Shown here piece by piece: positions 40,560-53,399 of a DNA stretch of 64,000 nucleotides. The stretch lies in the NCBI GenBank assembly GCA_009914755.4, contig CP068257.2, forward strand, positions 26,624,001 to 26,688,000, written 5' to 3'. How positions within the stretch are numbered: position 1 is the first letter of the stretch; every line of letters starts with the position of its first letter. The DNA comes from the human T2T-CHM13v2.0 reference genome, Homo sapiens. The notes under the pieces are model-generated. The model had not been told where the DNA came from, did no database searches, and was given only the letters and a program-made list of their open reading frames with translations. The translations under genes were made by a program, and so were the position numbers.

Positions 40560-42140
40560 CTTGGCATGAACTGTGTAGATGCATTTGACACTCCTGATTC
40601 ACTGCACATGAGGGGCGAGGAGTTTAGTGACTCATACATAATACCTTTGACCATATGTGGAGAACCAAAGAACATTATGAAGTTGGTTGGTTGCTTCTAA
40701 GTTCACTGGACAAAGTGATGTAAGAAAATTATGAACTCAGGAATTCTAACTCCCAGTTACAGATGCAGATACTGAGCCTCAAATCTCCTAAGATTGCCCT
40801 GAGTGAGACTTACCTCCTGTAGAGAAAAAGCTAAAGTTGTGGAAAATCAGACACAGGCTCTTATAATGCGAGCAACTGACCTGCAACAAAAGATGTATGC
40901 ACAGCCTTGCCAGGTGTCTACTGTTAAAGTGAGGGCATTGATTGGAAAAAAATGAGACCCTGCAACTTGGAATGGGGATGTGTGGGAGGACCCTGATGAA
41001 GCTGGGGACACTGAGATTGTAAACTCTGATGAACCTTTTTTGCCAGAAGAAACAGCTTCCCCATCCCCAGTAGTGGCAACATTCCCTCCCCAACCCCAAC
41101 TGCCATCAGCCTTTCTATCTTTGTCTGAGGAGATAAACCCTGTGCTGCCTGAGGCAACAGCAATGGCCTCCGCTGAGGCAGTTTCCAGGCAAGGTAATGT
41201 TGATTCTCCTCAGTACTCACCCTCAACACCCCTGATTGCTTCTAGACCTATAAGTAGACTAAAGTCCCAGCAGGCCCCTAGAGATGAGGTTCAGAGTGTG
41301 ACCCATGAAGAGGTGCACTACACTCAAAAAGAACTACTTGAGTTTTCTGGTTTATATAAGCAGAAATCTGTAGAACAGGTATGGGAATGGATATTAAGGG
41401 TGTGGGATAATAGTGGAAGGAACATAGAGTTGGATCAGGCCGAATTCATTGATTTGGGCCCCCTAAGTGAGGATTCTGCATTTAATATTGCTGCTCGGGG
41501 AGATAAAAAAAGTTCTAATAGTTTGTTTGGTTAACTGAAATATGGATTAAAAGATGGCCCACTGTGAGCAAGCTGGAAATGCCTGATTTCCTCCCTTGAT
41601 TTAATGTAGAAGAAGGGATCCAAAGGCTTAGGGACATTGGGAAGATGGGGTGGATTAGTCACTTCAGACCTACTCATCTCATCTGGGAGAGAGTCCGGAA
41701 GATATACCCTTGACCAATATTTTGTGAAATAGATTTGTGAGGGAAGCACCTGCATCTCTGAGGAGCTCTGTAGGGACTGCTCTTCTCTGTATGCCAGATC
41801 TAACAGTGAGAACTGCAGTCACTCAACTATGAAATGTAAATGCAATGCGAATAATTGGATCCTGAGGTGGCAGGGGCCAAGTGGCAACACTCAGCCATCA
41901 AAAGCAAGGTGGGCATAGCTACCGTAATGGACATCAGAGGCAAAGCAGCAATCAGAATAGTGTGACTTGTGTAGAACGCTGGCATTGTCTAATTAATCAC
42001 GGTGTTTCTAGAAGTGAAATTGATAGGAAGCCTACTGCATTCCTACTTAATTTATATAATAAGAAAACATCCAGATCTAGTGGACAAAAAACTAATTTGA
42101 ATTATAAAAACAAAGAATCATAGCTCCTTAATCAGTTTCC
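40560..42140 (+). pseudogene. ERVL gag remnant. Longest intact piece is the six-frame ORF 40980-41534 (184 aa), with further fragments to about 42140.
   Basis: The ORF contains MWEDPDEAGDTEIVNSDEPF ... SGLYKQKSVEQVWEWILRVWDNSGRNIELDQAEFIDLGPLSEDSAFNIAARG and lies in gag position between PBS and protease. Multiple stops and frameshifts follow. Confidence 0.55.
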
Positions 42141-42249
42141 AGACTTGAACTCGTTTAAAGACCCAGAACCCCTTGAATGGAGAGCAGGCTGGGTCCCCTT
42201 GAGGAAGGACCCCACTACACTACTGACAATTTATGCAGTTATCCTTTCT

Positions 42250-42620
42250 CCCATCCTTCCCCACAGAGACCTCTGGCCTTTTACCAGGGTAAAGTGCATT
42301 GAGGAAAGGAAAATGATCAGACATTTCAGGGACTACTAGATACTGGCTCTGAGCTGACACTGATTCCAGGGAACCCAAAACATCATTGTGGTCCTCCAGT
42401 TGAAGTAGGGACTTATAGAGGTCAGGTAATTAATGGAGTTTTAGCCCAGATTCAACTTACAGTGGGTCCAGTGTGTTCCCAGACTCATTGTGTGGTCATT
42501 TCCCCAGTGCCAGAATGCATAATTGGCATAGACATACTTAGCAGCTGGCAGAACCCCCACATTGCTTCTCTGACTGGTAGGGTGAAGGCTATTATGGTGG
42601 AAAGGCCGAATGGAAGACAA
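42250..42620 (+). pseudogene. Retroviral aspartic protease remnant (DTGS active site at about 42337-42348)
   Basis: Translation LLDTGSELTLIPGNPKHHCGPPVEVGTYRGQVINGVLAQIQLTVGPVCSQTHCVVISPVPECIIGIDILSSWQNPHIASLTG. Confidence 0.65.
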
Positions 42621-42646
42621 TAGAGCTGCCTCTACCTAGAAAAACA

Positions 42647-44650
42647 GTGAATCAAAAACAATATCGCATCCCTGGAGGGATTGCAGAGATTAGTACCACC
42701 ATCAAGGAACTGAACAATGCAGGGATGGTAATTCCCACCACATCCCCATTCAACTCTCCTATTTGGCCTGTGCAGAAGATAGATGGATCTTGGAGAATGA
42801 CAGTGGATTATTGTAAGCTTAACCAAGTAGTGACTCCAATTGCAGCTACTGTACCATATGTGGTTTCATCACTTGAGCAAATTAACCATCTCCTGGTACC
42901 TGGTATGTAGCCATTGATTTAGCAAATGCCTTTTTCTCCATTCCCGTACATAAGGCCCACCAGAAGCAATTTGCCTTTAGCTGGTGAAGCCAGCAATATA
43001 CTTTTATTATCCTACCTCAGGGGTATATCAACTCTCTGGCTTTGTGTCACAATTTTGTTTGGAGAGACGTTGATCAATTCTCCCTGGGGCCCAGAACAGG
43101 AAAAGGTTCTGCAACAGGTCCAGGCTGCTGCACAAGCTGCTCTGCCACTTGGGCCATATGACCCAGCAGATCTAATGTTTCTTGAGGTGTCAGTGGCACA
43201 TAGGGATGCTCTTTGGTCCAGAGATATGTGGATGTACCTCTCTGAGTGGTCAAAAACTGTGAAGATATTTGTATCCCATGTAAGTGCTCACCAACAGGTG
43301 ACCTCAGCAGATTCCCACAGATTTCCCCTTCCCAAAAGATATGACACTGGTTGATTTTGTTGAGGATATTATGCTGATTGGATCCAGTAAGTGAGAAGTA
43401 GCAAACACACTTGACTTATTGGTGAGACATTTGCATGCCAGAGGACGGGAAATAAATCTGACTAAAATTCTGGGATCTTCTGTGTCAGTAAAATTTCTGT
43501 GGGTCCAGTGGTGTGGGGCCTATCAAGATATTCTTTCTAAGGTGAAGGATAAGTTGCTGCATTTGACCCCTCCTACAACCAAGAAAGAGGCACAATACCT
43601 AGTGCGCCAATTTGGATTTTGGAGGCAATACATTCCTCATTTGAGTGTGTTACTCCAGCCCATTTATTGAGTGACTCAAAAGGCTGCCAGTTTTGAGTGG
43701 AGTCCAGAACAGGAAAAGGCTCTGCAACAGGTCCAGGCTGTTGTGCAAGCTGCTCTGCCACTTGGGCCATATGACCCAGCAGATCCAGTGTTGCTTGAGA
43801 TGTCAGTGGCAGACAGGGATGCTGTTTGGATCCTTTGGCAGGCCCCCATAAGTGAATCACAGTGGAGGCCTCCAGGATTTTGGAGCAAGGCCCTGCCATC
43901 TTCTGCTGATAACTACTCTCCTTTTGAGAGACAGCTCTTGGCCTGCTACTGGACTTTGGTGGAAACTGAACGTTTGACTATGGGTCATCAAGTCACCATA
44001 CCACCTGAACTGCCTATCATGAACTGGGTGTTTTCTGACCTATCCAGCCCTAAAATGTGTCATCCACAGCAGCATTCCATCATAAAATAGAAATGGTATA
44101 TACATGATTGGGCTTGAGCAGGTCCTGAAGGCACAAGTAAGTTACACGAGGAAGTTGTTCAAATGCCCATGGTCTCCACTCCTGACACTCTGCCTTCTCT
44201 CCCCGATCCTGCACTGATGGCCTCATGGGGAGTTCCCTATGATCAGTTGACAGAGGAAGGGAAGACTAGGGCCTGGTTCACAGATGGTTCTGAACAACAT
44301 GTAGGCACCACCTGAAAGTGGACAGCTGTGGCAATGTAGCCCCTCTCTAGGACATCCCTGAAGGACAGTGGTGAAGGGAAATCTTCCCAGTGGGCAGAAC
44401 TTCAACCAGTGCACCTGGCTGTGCGCTTTGCATGGAAGGAGAAATGACCAGATGTGTGACTGCATACTGATATATGAGCTGCGGCCAATCGTTTGACTGG
44501 ATGATGAGGGACTTGGAAGAAGCATGATTGGAAAATTGGTGACAAAGAAATTCGGGGAAGATGTATGTGGATGTACCTCTCTGAGTGGTCAAAAACTGTA
44601 AAGATATTTGTATCCTATGTGAGTGCTCACCAATAGGTGACCTCAACAGA
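42647..44650 (+). pseudogene. Reverse transcriptase / RNase H remnant of pol, frameshifted, with an internal composite duplication at 43091-43311
   Basis: ORF pieces: [74 protein letters not shown]; (Y)[62 protein letters not shown] (degraded Y/FxDD); LVRHLHARGREINLTKILGSSVSVKFLWVQWCGAYQDILSKVKDKLLHLTPPTTKKEAQYLVRQFGFWRQYIPHL; RNase H-like FTDGS.../ sWAELRAVhL pieces at 44220-44420. Confidence 0.7.
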
Positions 44651-45420
44651 GAAGGATTTTAATAATCAATGTTGGATAGGATGACCCATTCTGTGAACAC
44701 CACTCAGCCTCTCTCCCCAGTCACCTCTGATATCACCCAAAGGGACCATGAACAAAGTGGCCATGGTGGCAGGGGTGGAGGTTACATATGGGCTCAGCAA
44801 CACGGACTTCCACTCACCAAGGGTGACCTGGCTACAGCCACTGCTGAGTTCCCAATTTGCCAGCAGCAGAGACCAAAACTGAGCCCTCAATATGGCACCA
44901 TTCCTCGGGGTGATCAGCCAGCTACCTGGTGGCAGATTCATATTGGACCTCTTCCATCATGCAAAGGGCAGAGGTTTGTCCTCACTGGAATAGACACTTA
45001 CTCCTGATATAGGTTTGCCTATCCTGCACTCAATGCTTCTGCCAAGACTACCATCCGTGAACTCACAGAATGCCTTATCCACCATCATGGTATTCCACAC
45101 AGCATCGCCACCAAGCAAGGCAATAATCTTATGGCTAAAGAAGTGTAGGCAGTGGGCTCATGCTCATGGAATTCACTGGTCTTACCGTGTTCCCCATCAT
45201 TCTGACGCAGCTGGATTGATAGAATGGTGAAATGGCCTTTCAAAGTTGCAATTACAATGCCAACTAGGTGCAATACTTTGCAGGGCTGGGGCAAAGTTCT
45301 TCACAAGGCTGTGTGTTCTCTGAATCAGTGTCCAATATATAGTATTATGTTTGAGCATGTTTACACTCATACTAAGAAAATATCTTCGTTTTATTTCCTT
45401 TTTCATGTACCATAAGATTT
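44650..45420 (+). pseudogene. Integrase remnant (HHCC zinc finger plus DDE core), C-terminally truncated
   Basis: QRDHEQSGHGGRGGGYIWAQQHGLPLTKGDLATATAEFPICQQQRP ... ATWWQIHIGPLPSCKGQRFVLTGIDTYS.YRFAYPA.NASAKTTIRELTECLIHHHGIPHSIA ... QWAHAHGIHWSYRVPHH..AAGLIEW.NG...LQCQLG..TLQGWGKVL.KAV..LNQ.PIY. Only about 170 bp separate the last IN-like residue from the PPT. Confidence 0.65.
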
Positions 45421-45591
45421 ATTGACTTCATATCAGAATTTAAGTGTTGTTAACTTTATGTAATAGCATTTGGATTGGGGATTGGTTCATTTCTAGTTTT
45501 AAGAAAGATAGCTGTATTATGTTAGGTATAATTATGATAGTTTATTTGAAGATTATGTATGATCTCAGGAGATTTGTATGGGTTCAAGTTG

Positions 45592-45605
45592 ACAAGGGGT
45601 GGATG
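45592..45605 (+). promoter_or_regulatory. Polypurine-tract-like sequence immediately 5' of the 3' LTR
   Basis: caaggggtggatg directly upstream of the LTR TGTG start. A corresponding gggcagtgggcag-like string sits upstream of the 5' LTR only by coincidence of the TSD. Confidence 0.35.
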
Positions 45606-46034
45606 TGTGATGGTTAATACTGAGTGTCAACTTGACTTGATTGAAAGATGCAAAATGCTGGTCCTGGGTGTGTCTGTGAGGGTGTTGCCAAAGGAGATTA
45701 ACAGTTGAGTCAGTGGGCTGGGAAAGGCAGACCCACCCTTAACTGGGTGGGCACCATCTAATCAGCAGGCAGAAACAGGTGAAAAAGAGAGACTGGCCTA
45801 GGCTGCCAGCCTACGTCTTTCTCCCGGGCTGGATACTTTCTGCCCTCGAACATTGGACTCCAAGTTCTTCAGCTTTGGGACTCGGACTGGCTTCCTTCCT
45901 CCTCAGCTTGCAGACAGCCTATTATGGAACCTTGTGATTGTGTGTTAATACTCCTTAATAAACTCCTCTTTGTATGTACATCTATCCTGTTAGCTCTGTT
46001 CCTCTAGAGAACCCTGACTAGTACAGGCAGTGAG
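45606..46034 (+). repeat. 3' LTR (MLT2A-type). About 12-15% divergent from the 5' LTR, with an internal deletion of about 25 bp. Retains 4 CpGs.
   Basis: tgtgatggttaatactgagtgtcaacttgacttgattgaaagatgcaaaatgctggtcctgggtgtgtctgtgagggtgttgccaaaggagattaacagttgagtcag ... ctacgtctttctcccgggctggatactttctgccctcgaacattggactccaag ... gggactcggactgg ... ctctagagaaccctgactagtaca. Confidence 0.8.
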
Positions 46035-47799
46035 GAATAGCTGATGTAGGCTGGGAAATTGGGGACCTATGCTGTGCAGTATCAAAATATTTGGCTAAAC
46101 TATTGCCGGAGATGAGTTAGAAGGCCAAAGACAGATAATTGTGGTTCTAGGGAAATTGTTGGAAGGAGCCAAAATATTAGTGTGTGTTGGCTACACAGAC
46201 TGCATTTAGCAAAATATTTCAGGAAAAAGATTAGCTTATATATGACTGACCAACTGGTAGCAGGGCTGGAAAAAGAGAACTCTTGAAGCCCACATAGCAT
46301 TTGCTCTCCAGAGATTGTTAAGACTTTCCAGAATAAAAAGAATTTAGCCATGTGATAAAGGTCAGGTTAAAGGCATTGTTTTCTCACACAAGTGTATTGT
46401 TTTAAGTGGTTTTTATTTAGTGGCCACTAAATTTGAAGAAATAGCCATGAGGGAAAGACAGCAAAATTACAAGGCAGATGTAAGAACTATGTCTAGGAAA
46501 AAATTCAGGGTATGACTCCAGTCATAATAAACTAACTAGAAGCAAATATTCCTGAAAATTTTGAAAGGGCTGTGCCAAGAAAGAATGCATGATTCTAGGC
46601 TGTAAAATCCAGAGACCAATGGGCAAGCCTTAACACTTGGACCCCCAAAATTGAATGAATAAGTAGTCAGCTATGAAAGCTGATCAGTTCTCAAAGGGTC
46701 AGAGTTTCTGACATCCACTGCAAATAATGATGTCATGAAGGATTGAACAAGGAGAAACAATCTAGAGGTAATACTCAGGGTCATGAAGAACAAAGGGCAA
46801 GATAATTTTTCTATAAAAAGAGTGCCTAATCCATAATATATTATAGGGATATTTTAATGCCTGTTCAGCAGAATATGACAAAGGAGTAGTGACTACTGTG
46901 AGATTTTTAACATATATTCTACCCTTCTACCATCATATTTGGTGTGGAGGAAGGCAGGGGCAAATAGCTTGTCATTTTGATTAGCAGGTCACTGGACAGG
47001 TAGAAGTCATATCTGGTCTATGGAAGCAAATGTACAACTCCCACAGATCATGGATTTTGAGCTGATGCAGTTTCTTAATCAAAATCTGGAATTTTCCTCT
47101 TAGTGATGGGATAGGTGTGGTTTCCAAGTGGGAAGAAAGGTGCAATTTTCCCACCCAAAGAACTAAGAGTGAATTTGGCAGTCAGAGAAATGGACGGTAG
47201 AAGTATCAATGTCTCCACTAACCTTGCTAGTCACTTGTAGCTGGGAAGCAGCTACCCAGTTAAGAAGTGCATTTATTTACTCTGCTTGCGTTCAGATGTG
47301 ATCATGTGATTAGTTGTCAACAAAGTTAGGTGAACAGAAAAGATGTGAGCCACTTCCAGGCAAAGGATGTAATTAATTGGTTTGCTTTTGTCCATTCCAC
47401 TTCCCCTTGTACTCATGGATGCCAATATGATGAAAGGTGGAGCCACAATCCAGAAGACTGGGACTCTGAGTCACCCATGGAAAAGAGTCACCTTGAATTG
47501 TGTGGGCTAGAAATAAACTTTCATTGCATTTGAAGCATGTAGATCATTTTGTTTCTATTTGTTACCACAGTTTAGTATAATCTTCCACATTATAGTTATA
47601 TTAGTAAGAGATAATATTTATTCAGGGAAAAGCACAATGTTAACAAAGTCATTTTAAGTGTTCTTGTAAGAAGAAAAATATGGATATGGAATACACTGCA
47701 ATATATGATGCATATCTAAGGCATTTTTGCATTTGAAATCTGAGGTGAAAACTCCTTTCATGTAACTTGGCTAGTTTTTGTTATGTAATATTAACAGAC

Positions 47800-47900
47800 T
47801 ATGCACATATATATGTGTATATATATATATACGCATATAAATATATATGTGTATATATATATATATGCATATAAATATATATATGTGTGTGTATAATTTG
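47800..47900. repeat. TA/CA-rich microsatellite block with a tandem duplication of a roughly 32-bp unit
   Basis: atatatatatacgcatataaatatatatgtgt / atatatatatatatgcatataaatatatatatgtgtgtgt. Confidence 0.8.
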
Positions 47901-50859
47901 TTTAAAAATGAATCTTCTACTAATATAAATGAAGAAAAACATAAAAGTACATAATCTTATTTATAATGTAATATGTGAATTTCAGCTTTGCATTTTTGAT
48001 TGAGTTTTATTTGCTCTTTGACAAAAATTGAGCAGCCATCAGATATGTGATGGGGAAAATATACAAACAAAGCTATGACTTATATAACTCGTGCCTTGAA
48101 AATCAAGTAAAAGAAGCCACAGTGCAGTTTTAGGACAACAAATGAGTCAGGAATCAAAAGTTCTAAACTCTGGTTTAGCGTCTACTTGCTAACAATGGAT
48201 TGGTTCTCAGACATCAATTTTTCCCTATTTCCATTTAGAGAGAGAGAAAGCTAAAATGTACATTTCTCAGACTCCCTCACAGCTATGGTTTTGGACATAA
48301 GATTCTGCCAAGCACAATTTAGAAATTATAATGAGAAGGAAGTCACCTTCCTATGATTACTGTACTAATGTTTTCAGTGTTCTAACCTCAAGTTCTACTT
48401 TGTAGTCACCAACTGCGTACAGTAGCAAAAACATGTTCCTGAAGAGTAGTATGAACTTCTGCTCTTCCAGACATCCCTACAATTTTTGAAGTACCTAATT
48501 CCCTGAATTAAGTTTCATTCTATTTGAAGCATCTAAAGCGGCTCTTTTTTCCTGTACTGAACATTGAGTGACTCACTAATAATGAGTGATTAATAAACTC
48601 TTTGAGCTCAACTGATCATAGATAAACATTAATAGGTAGTATTTCAACTGAGAAACAGTTGAGGACTATGGCCAAGTTTATAGTTTCCAAAGCACTAAAA
48701 AGAAAAAAAAAAAAGAAAATTTATACAAAAATCAGAAAATGAAGAAAGGAAAAACTATAAAATAAAATGGCAGAATGACAAGGGTAAATAATATTAAAAT
48801 AAACCAGAATGGCCTGATTGTATTCATTTAAATAAAGGAATAAGAAAGTACGTCTTTCTCTCTTTTCCTTTAGAAACCCCACTAAAACAAGAAATGTGTT
48901 CAAAGTGGAATTTTAAAATAGTATAAACCTGGAAAAGTGAAAATAACGAGAGGGGTTTATAAATAAATCAGAGATGTCAACAAATATGTGAAAGTCATAA
49001 GGTGTAAAGAAGTGAGTAAACAAATGAAGGAAGAAGAAATAATCACATCTTCGAATATCAGTGCTACAGAGCCAGTGCAAGTCTGTCTCCCTAGTGGAAT
49101 GTCTGAAGCACGGGGCTCACAGTTGGCAAGAAAGGGAGAGAAAAAGACTGAGAAGTGAGGTTAAAACAGATTTTTAGCACGTTCTGCAAATATGTTTAAG
49201 TACATTTTGCTTGTTCTCTGTATCTTCCAGAATGTTTAAAGTAGTCCAACATTTTTTAAATTTAATGCCAAACATTGGAGAAAGGAGAGAGAAAATGGTA
49301 AATATATGTGAACCACATAGTCCACATCAGGAATTAACAACTATTTTGCACTTTACTAAAGTAAATAATCCAGAATTATAGGAGTTTACATATGAGAACG
49401 GACGCACTGAATCTGGACTTAGAGGAAGATTCATTTTTCTGGCAGATTCTGAGTTGTTTACTACATGTAAGTTTTATATCCTTGGGGATGGAGTTGGTGA
49501 ATGCCTTGGAAGGCAACAACAAATCAAGAGTTGGAAGATACATATTTTTTAAAGAGAGAGCTCCTATAATTTATAATTTTATGAATGGCTCAATCTTCCT
49601 TCTTAGCATGTCTAGTTCTGATGGATCTATTTGTTATTCCTGTACATTCCTATCCTGTGCCTCTAGGCCTTTTGGCATCAATAAGCAGGTGTAGCTCCTG
49701 CTGCAACAATCAGAGAAGAAATAAGCTTAGGACAAATTACTAACAAATTTTTACTAATACTAACTGGCAATTGTGACATAGGCCTTACCACATATCTCAT
49801 TAGGGCTCTAACACTTGCAGACAAACCCTTTTACATAGTTAACCAATTTTCACATATAAAATTCATGTCTTTTTCTGTAAACATTGGGAAACTTAGGCAC
49901 TAGTTTTTAGATGCAATTGAAATGCAAAAAGCCAAAGCACTTCAGCAGTGTAAAGAACTCTGAAAATCCATTCCTCCATAAGAGCTAAGAGAACACTAGC
50001 TGAATTGTTCAAAATCAACATTTTTATAACTCTGGAAGTTAACCAAAGGCTTGCAATAATTAGTGGATTGAAAAAACACACAAACAAACAAACAAAAAAA
50101 CGAATCTCAGTAAGAAGAGTGAGGTTTGTGGTATTTCTAATTTCCCCTGTTCCCATCCCTGCTCCTCTGTACCTCGGCAACAGCCTTGAAAACCAGCAGC
50201 CTTACAACCATGGTAGCTGTAAGAACCAGCAGTCTAACAGCCACTGAAGGAAGAATGCGTTTGGAGCTCCAAAAACCAGATCTTGAGAGAAATGTTATTT
50301 TTTGACCTGTCTGGCACCATTCATAGGGGGCTCATCTTTACATGAAGTAAGTCAGAGCTTACTCACTAGGAAAATCCCTTCCCCAGGTCATTTATCAAAA
50401 ATTTCACAGAGAATTATATATTACTTCAGCTGCCTGAGGTGTTAATATCATTTGGGGTAAGCAAGAGTCTGGCCAAAAAACTTAACAAGAAAACTTGGAG
50501 ATGATATGTCCACTGAGCTGTGAAAAGCTCTGTCACGTTCTTGGGAATCTGAAGATCATATACATGTACAGGGCTGTACAATACTCAGAAAAGAACTGAG
50601 AAAGTTCTAACCTCTCATTTCTAGTTAATTTTGATACTTTATCCAAGCAGGAAGTAATGGCTGAAGCACAAATGTGAACTCTCAGAGCATTAAAGACATG
50701 CCCAACACACAAACAAAGCCCCTCAGGAGAGTTTAGGGGACTAGTTGGCTCAAAAAATCTAAGGAAATGAATCATTAGCTGATCACTCAGTTAAATGAGC
50801 AGTGACTTCAGTGATTGCACATGACCAAGAATACAGACTTTAGAGAATTATTTCATGAA

Positions 50860-51960
50860 AAACCTGAAAGGAACAAATAGCAACAGCAAAAACAAAACTA
50901 GGGGAAGGAGGAGATCTGATTACCAAAGCTAACACATGATATAATTTTAAGTATCCAGTTTTTAACAAGTAATTATAAGACATCCAAAGAAACAGGAATG
51001 TATTATCGTACATGAGAAAAAAAGCATTCAATAGAAACTGTTCCTGAGGAAGCCCAGATGTTGGATTTATTAGACACATACAGTAGCTATTCGAAATGTG
51101 CTCAAAGAACTGAAGAAAATCTTGTGGAAAGAATGAAAATAAAGTTAGAAAAATTCCTCACTCAATATCAATAAAGAGAGAGAAATTATTTTTAAAAAAG
51201 AATCAATAGAAATTCTGAAGTTGACAAACAATTTTTATTTTTACTACAGGGGCTTTATAGCACATTTAAGTTATCAAAAGAAGAACAAATAACCTTGTAA
51301 ACAAGTCCATTGAGATTATCCTGTCTGAGGAACAGAAAAAAATAACAAGATCTCTGGGATTGGAGTTTCAGGAGGAAAGCATAAAGAGAAAGAGATAGAA
51401 AAAAATTTTGAAAAAATACAGGCAAAAACTTTCAAACTTTGATTTAAAAAACACTAACTTACACATCCAAGAAGATCAACAACTTCCAAGTAGGATTAAC
51501 TCAAAAAGATCCAAGTGTAGACACATTATAATCAGAGTGGCAAAAGCTGAAAACAAAGAGGGTGTTGAAAGCAGCAAGAAAAAAGAGTATTATAAGGTAC
51601 AAAGGAATCTCAATAAAATTAACAGGTGACTTTCAACAGAAATCATGGAGGTTATAAGGCAGTAAAACAACATATTCAAAGTGCTTAAAGCAAAAGAATG
51701 TCAACCAAGAATTGAATATCCAGCAAAACTAACCTTCAAAAATTAAAGAGAGATTAAGATATCCCCAGGCCAAAAAAAAAAAAAAAAGAAAAAAAAGGAA
51801 ATTTGTAACTAACAGACCTATACTACCATAAATACTGAAGCAACTCCTTCAGAATCAAATGAAAAGAAGTTAGACAGTAATTCAAATCCACATGAACATT
51901 TTTCAGGCCTGGAAATAGGCACCTGAAGAGGCTTTACCTGGCAGGCCTCATGGGGAAATC
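50860..51960 (+). mobile_element. Old L1 LINE fragment covering ORF1 C-terminal part and the start of the inter-ORF region
   Basis: ccaagaagatcaacaacttccaagtaggattaactcaaaaagatccaagtgtagacacattataatcagagtggcaaaagctgaaaacaaagagggtgttgaaagcagcaagaaaaaagagtattataaggtacaaaggaatctcaataaaattaacaggtgactttcaacagaaatcatggaggttataaggcagt ... gtcaaccaagaattgaatatccagcaaaactaaccttcaaaaattaaagagagattaagatatcc ... agacctatactaccataaatactgaagcaactccttcagaatcaaatgaaaagaagttagacagtaattcaaatccacatgaac is colinear with the L1 ORF1 3' end. Confidence 0.65.
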
Positions 51961-52521
51961 TACTCTCCCCACACCAAACTTGACATACAGACCGTGCATT
52001 GAAGTCTCTGGCAAAAGTTGCAGCCAAGAACTCAGGCCTCTCTGGCTGGTCATGCTCTTATGTGCATTTTATTCATAGCCAAAGGACCTCTATTAGGAAG
52101 TCTCCTTATTGGGAAGCCTCAGCTGAGAGATTCCTCAAGCACCTCTATATTTTTATAATGGGATCGCAAAGATAATTTTTCCACTCTGACCCAGTACTTA
52201 GGACTCTTTGAATTTTAGCCCTTACCCTTCCACTTTCCCTAGCCCCAGGTCATAAAATGACAGAAGTCCTTTATTCAAGGCTCTCTTGGCAGTTACATAT
52301 TTTCTCCATCTGTATTGCTACATTTGACCCTCACACACTGCCATTCCATGGGGGAAATGAGAACATTGAGGGAGCCAGCATGCCAGCACTCTTTGCTATT
52401 TAGCCTCTTATACTATCACAGTAAGTGAAAAACAGCTCAATTATTATTTATAGCTTAGTTTATTGTCTTAATGAATGTCAACACCCAGCAGCTCAGCTTT
52501 CTTCAAAAGAATAAAGAGCAC

Positions 52522-52985
<464 letters not shown>

Positions 52986-53399
52986 TCATTGGCCTTAATG
53001 CATAAAGGTGTAATTCATATGAAAACAATAGCAAGAAGAATTGTAAGGGAACAAAGCTATATTACAGTAAAATTTTTGTATACCACTGAAAGTTGGTATG
53101 CATTAATTTAAAATAGATTGTTGACATTAATTTAAAATTGACAGTAATTTAAAATACATTGTCTTAGTTAAGATGTAAATTTTAAGCCCAGGGCAACCAT
53201 TAAGAAAATAATGCAAAAAAATATAACAAAAGTAACAAAAGGAATTAAAATAGTGTAATACAAATATATAGTTAACACAAACAAAGCAGTAATTGAGTAA
53301 TGGAGGAACAAAAAACATTATATATATGTTATATGTTTAAATATATATTTATATACATATATATATCCCAAGACCAAAAATAAATAAATTAAAGAAGAA

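Noticed and set aside
40980..41534. 184-aa plus-strand ORF, as a possible intact gag gene
   Set aside because: It is only the middle of gag. It is preceded by a nested Alu and stops, and followed by frameshifts before the protease. No start-to-stop gag-pro-pol frame survives.
45420..45592. Expectation of a dUTPase domain 3' of integrase, as I recall for HERV-L
   Set aside because: Only about 170 bp of AT-rich sequence separate the last integrase-like residues from the PPT. No dUTPase motifs are visible, so the domain is absent (deleted) in this copy and is not annotated.
46040..47540. 1.5 kb directly downstream of the provirus that might be additional ERV or DNA-transposon sequence
   Set aside because: There are no recognisable terminal repeats, LTR ends or coding motifs. 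No family could be assigned, so it is treated as unclassified flank.
47800..47900. Regularly repeated units that might suggest a CRISPR-like array (also 53515-53715 and 38911-38950)
   Set aside because: They are TA/CA/TTTA microsatellites and two-copy tandem duplications in eukaryotic DNA. There is no repeat-spacer architecture, and the genome is primate.
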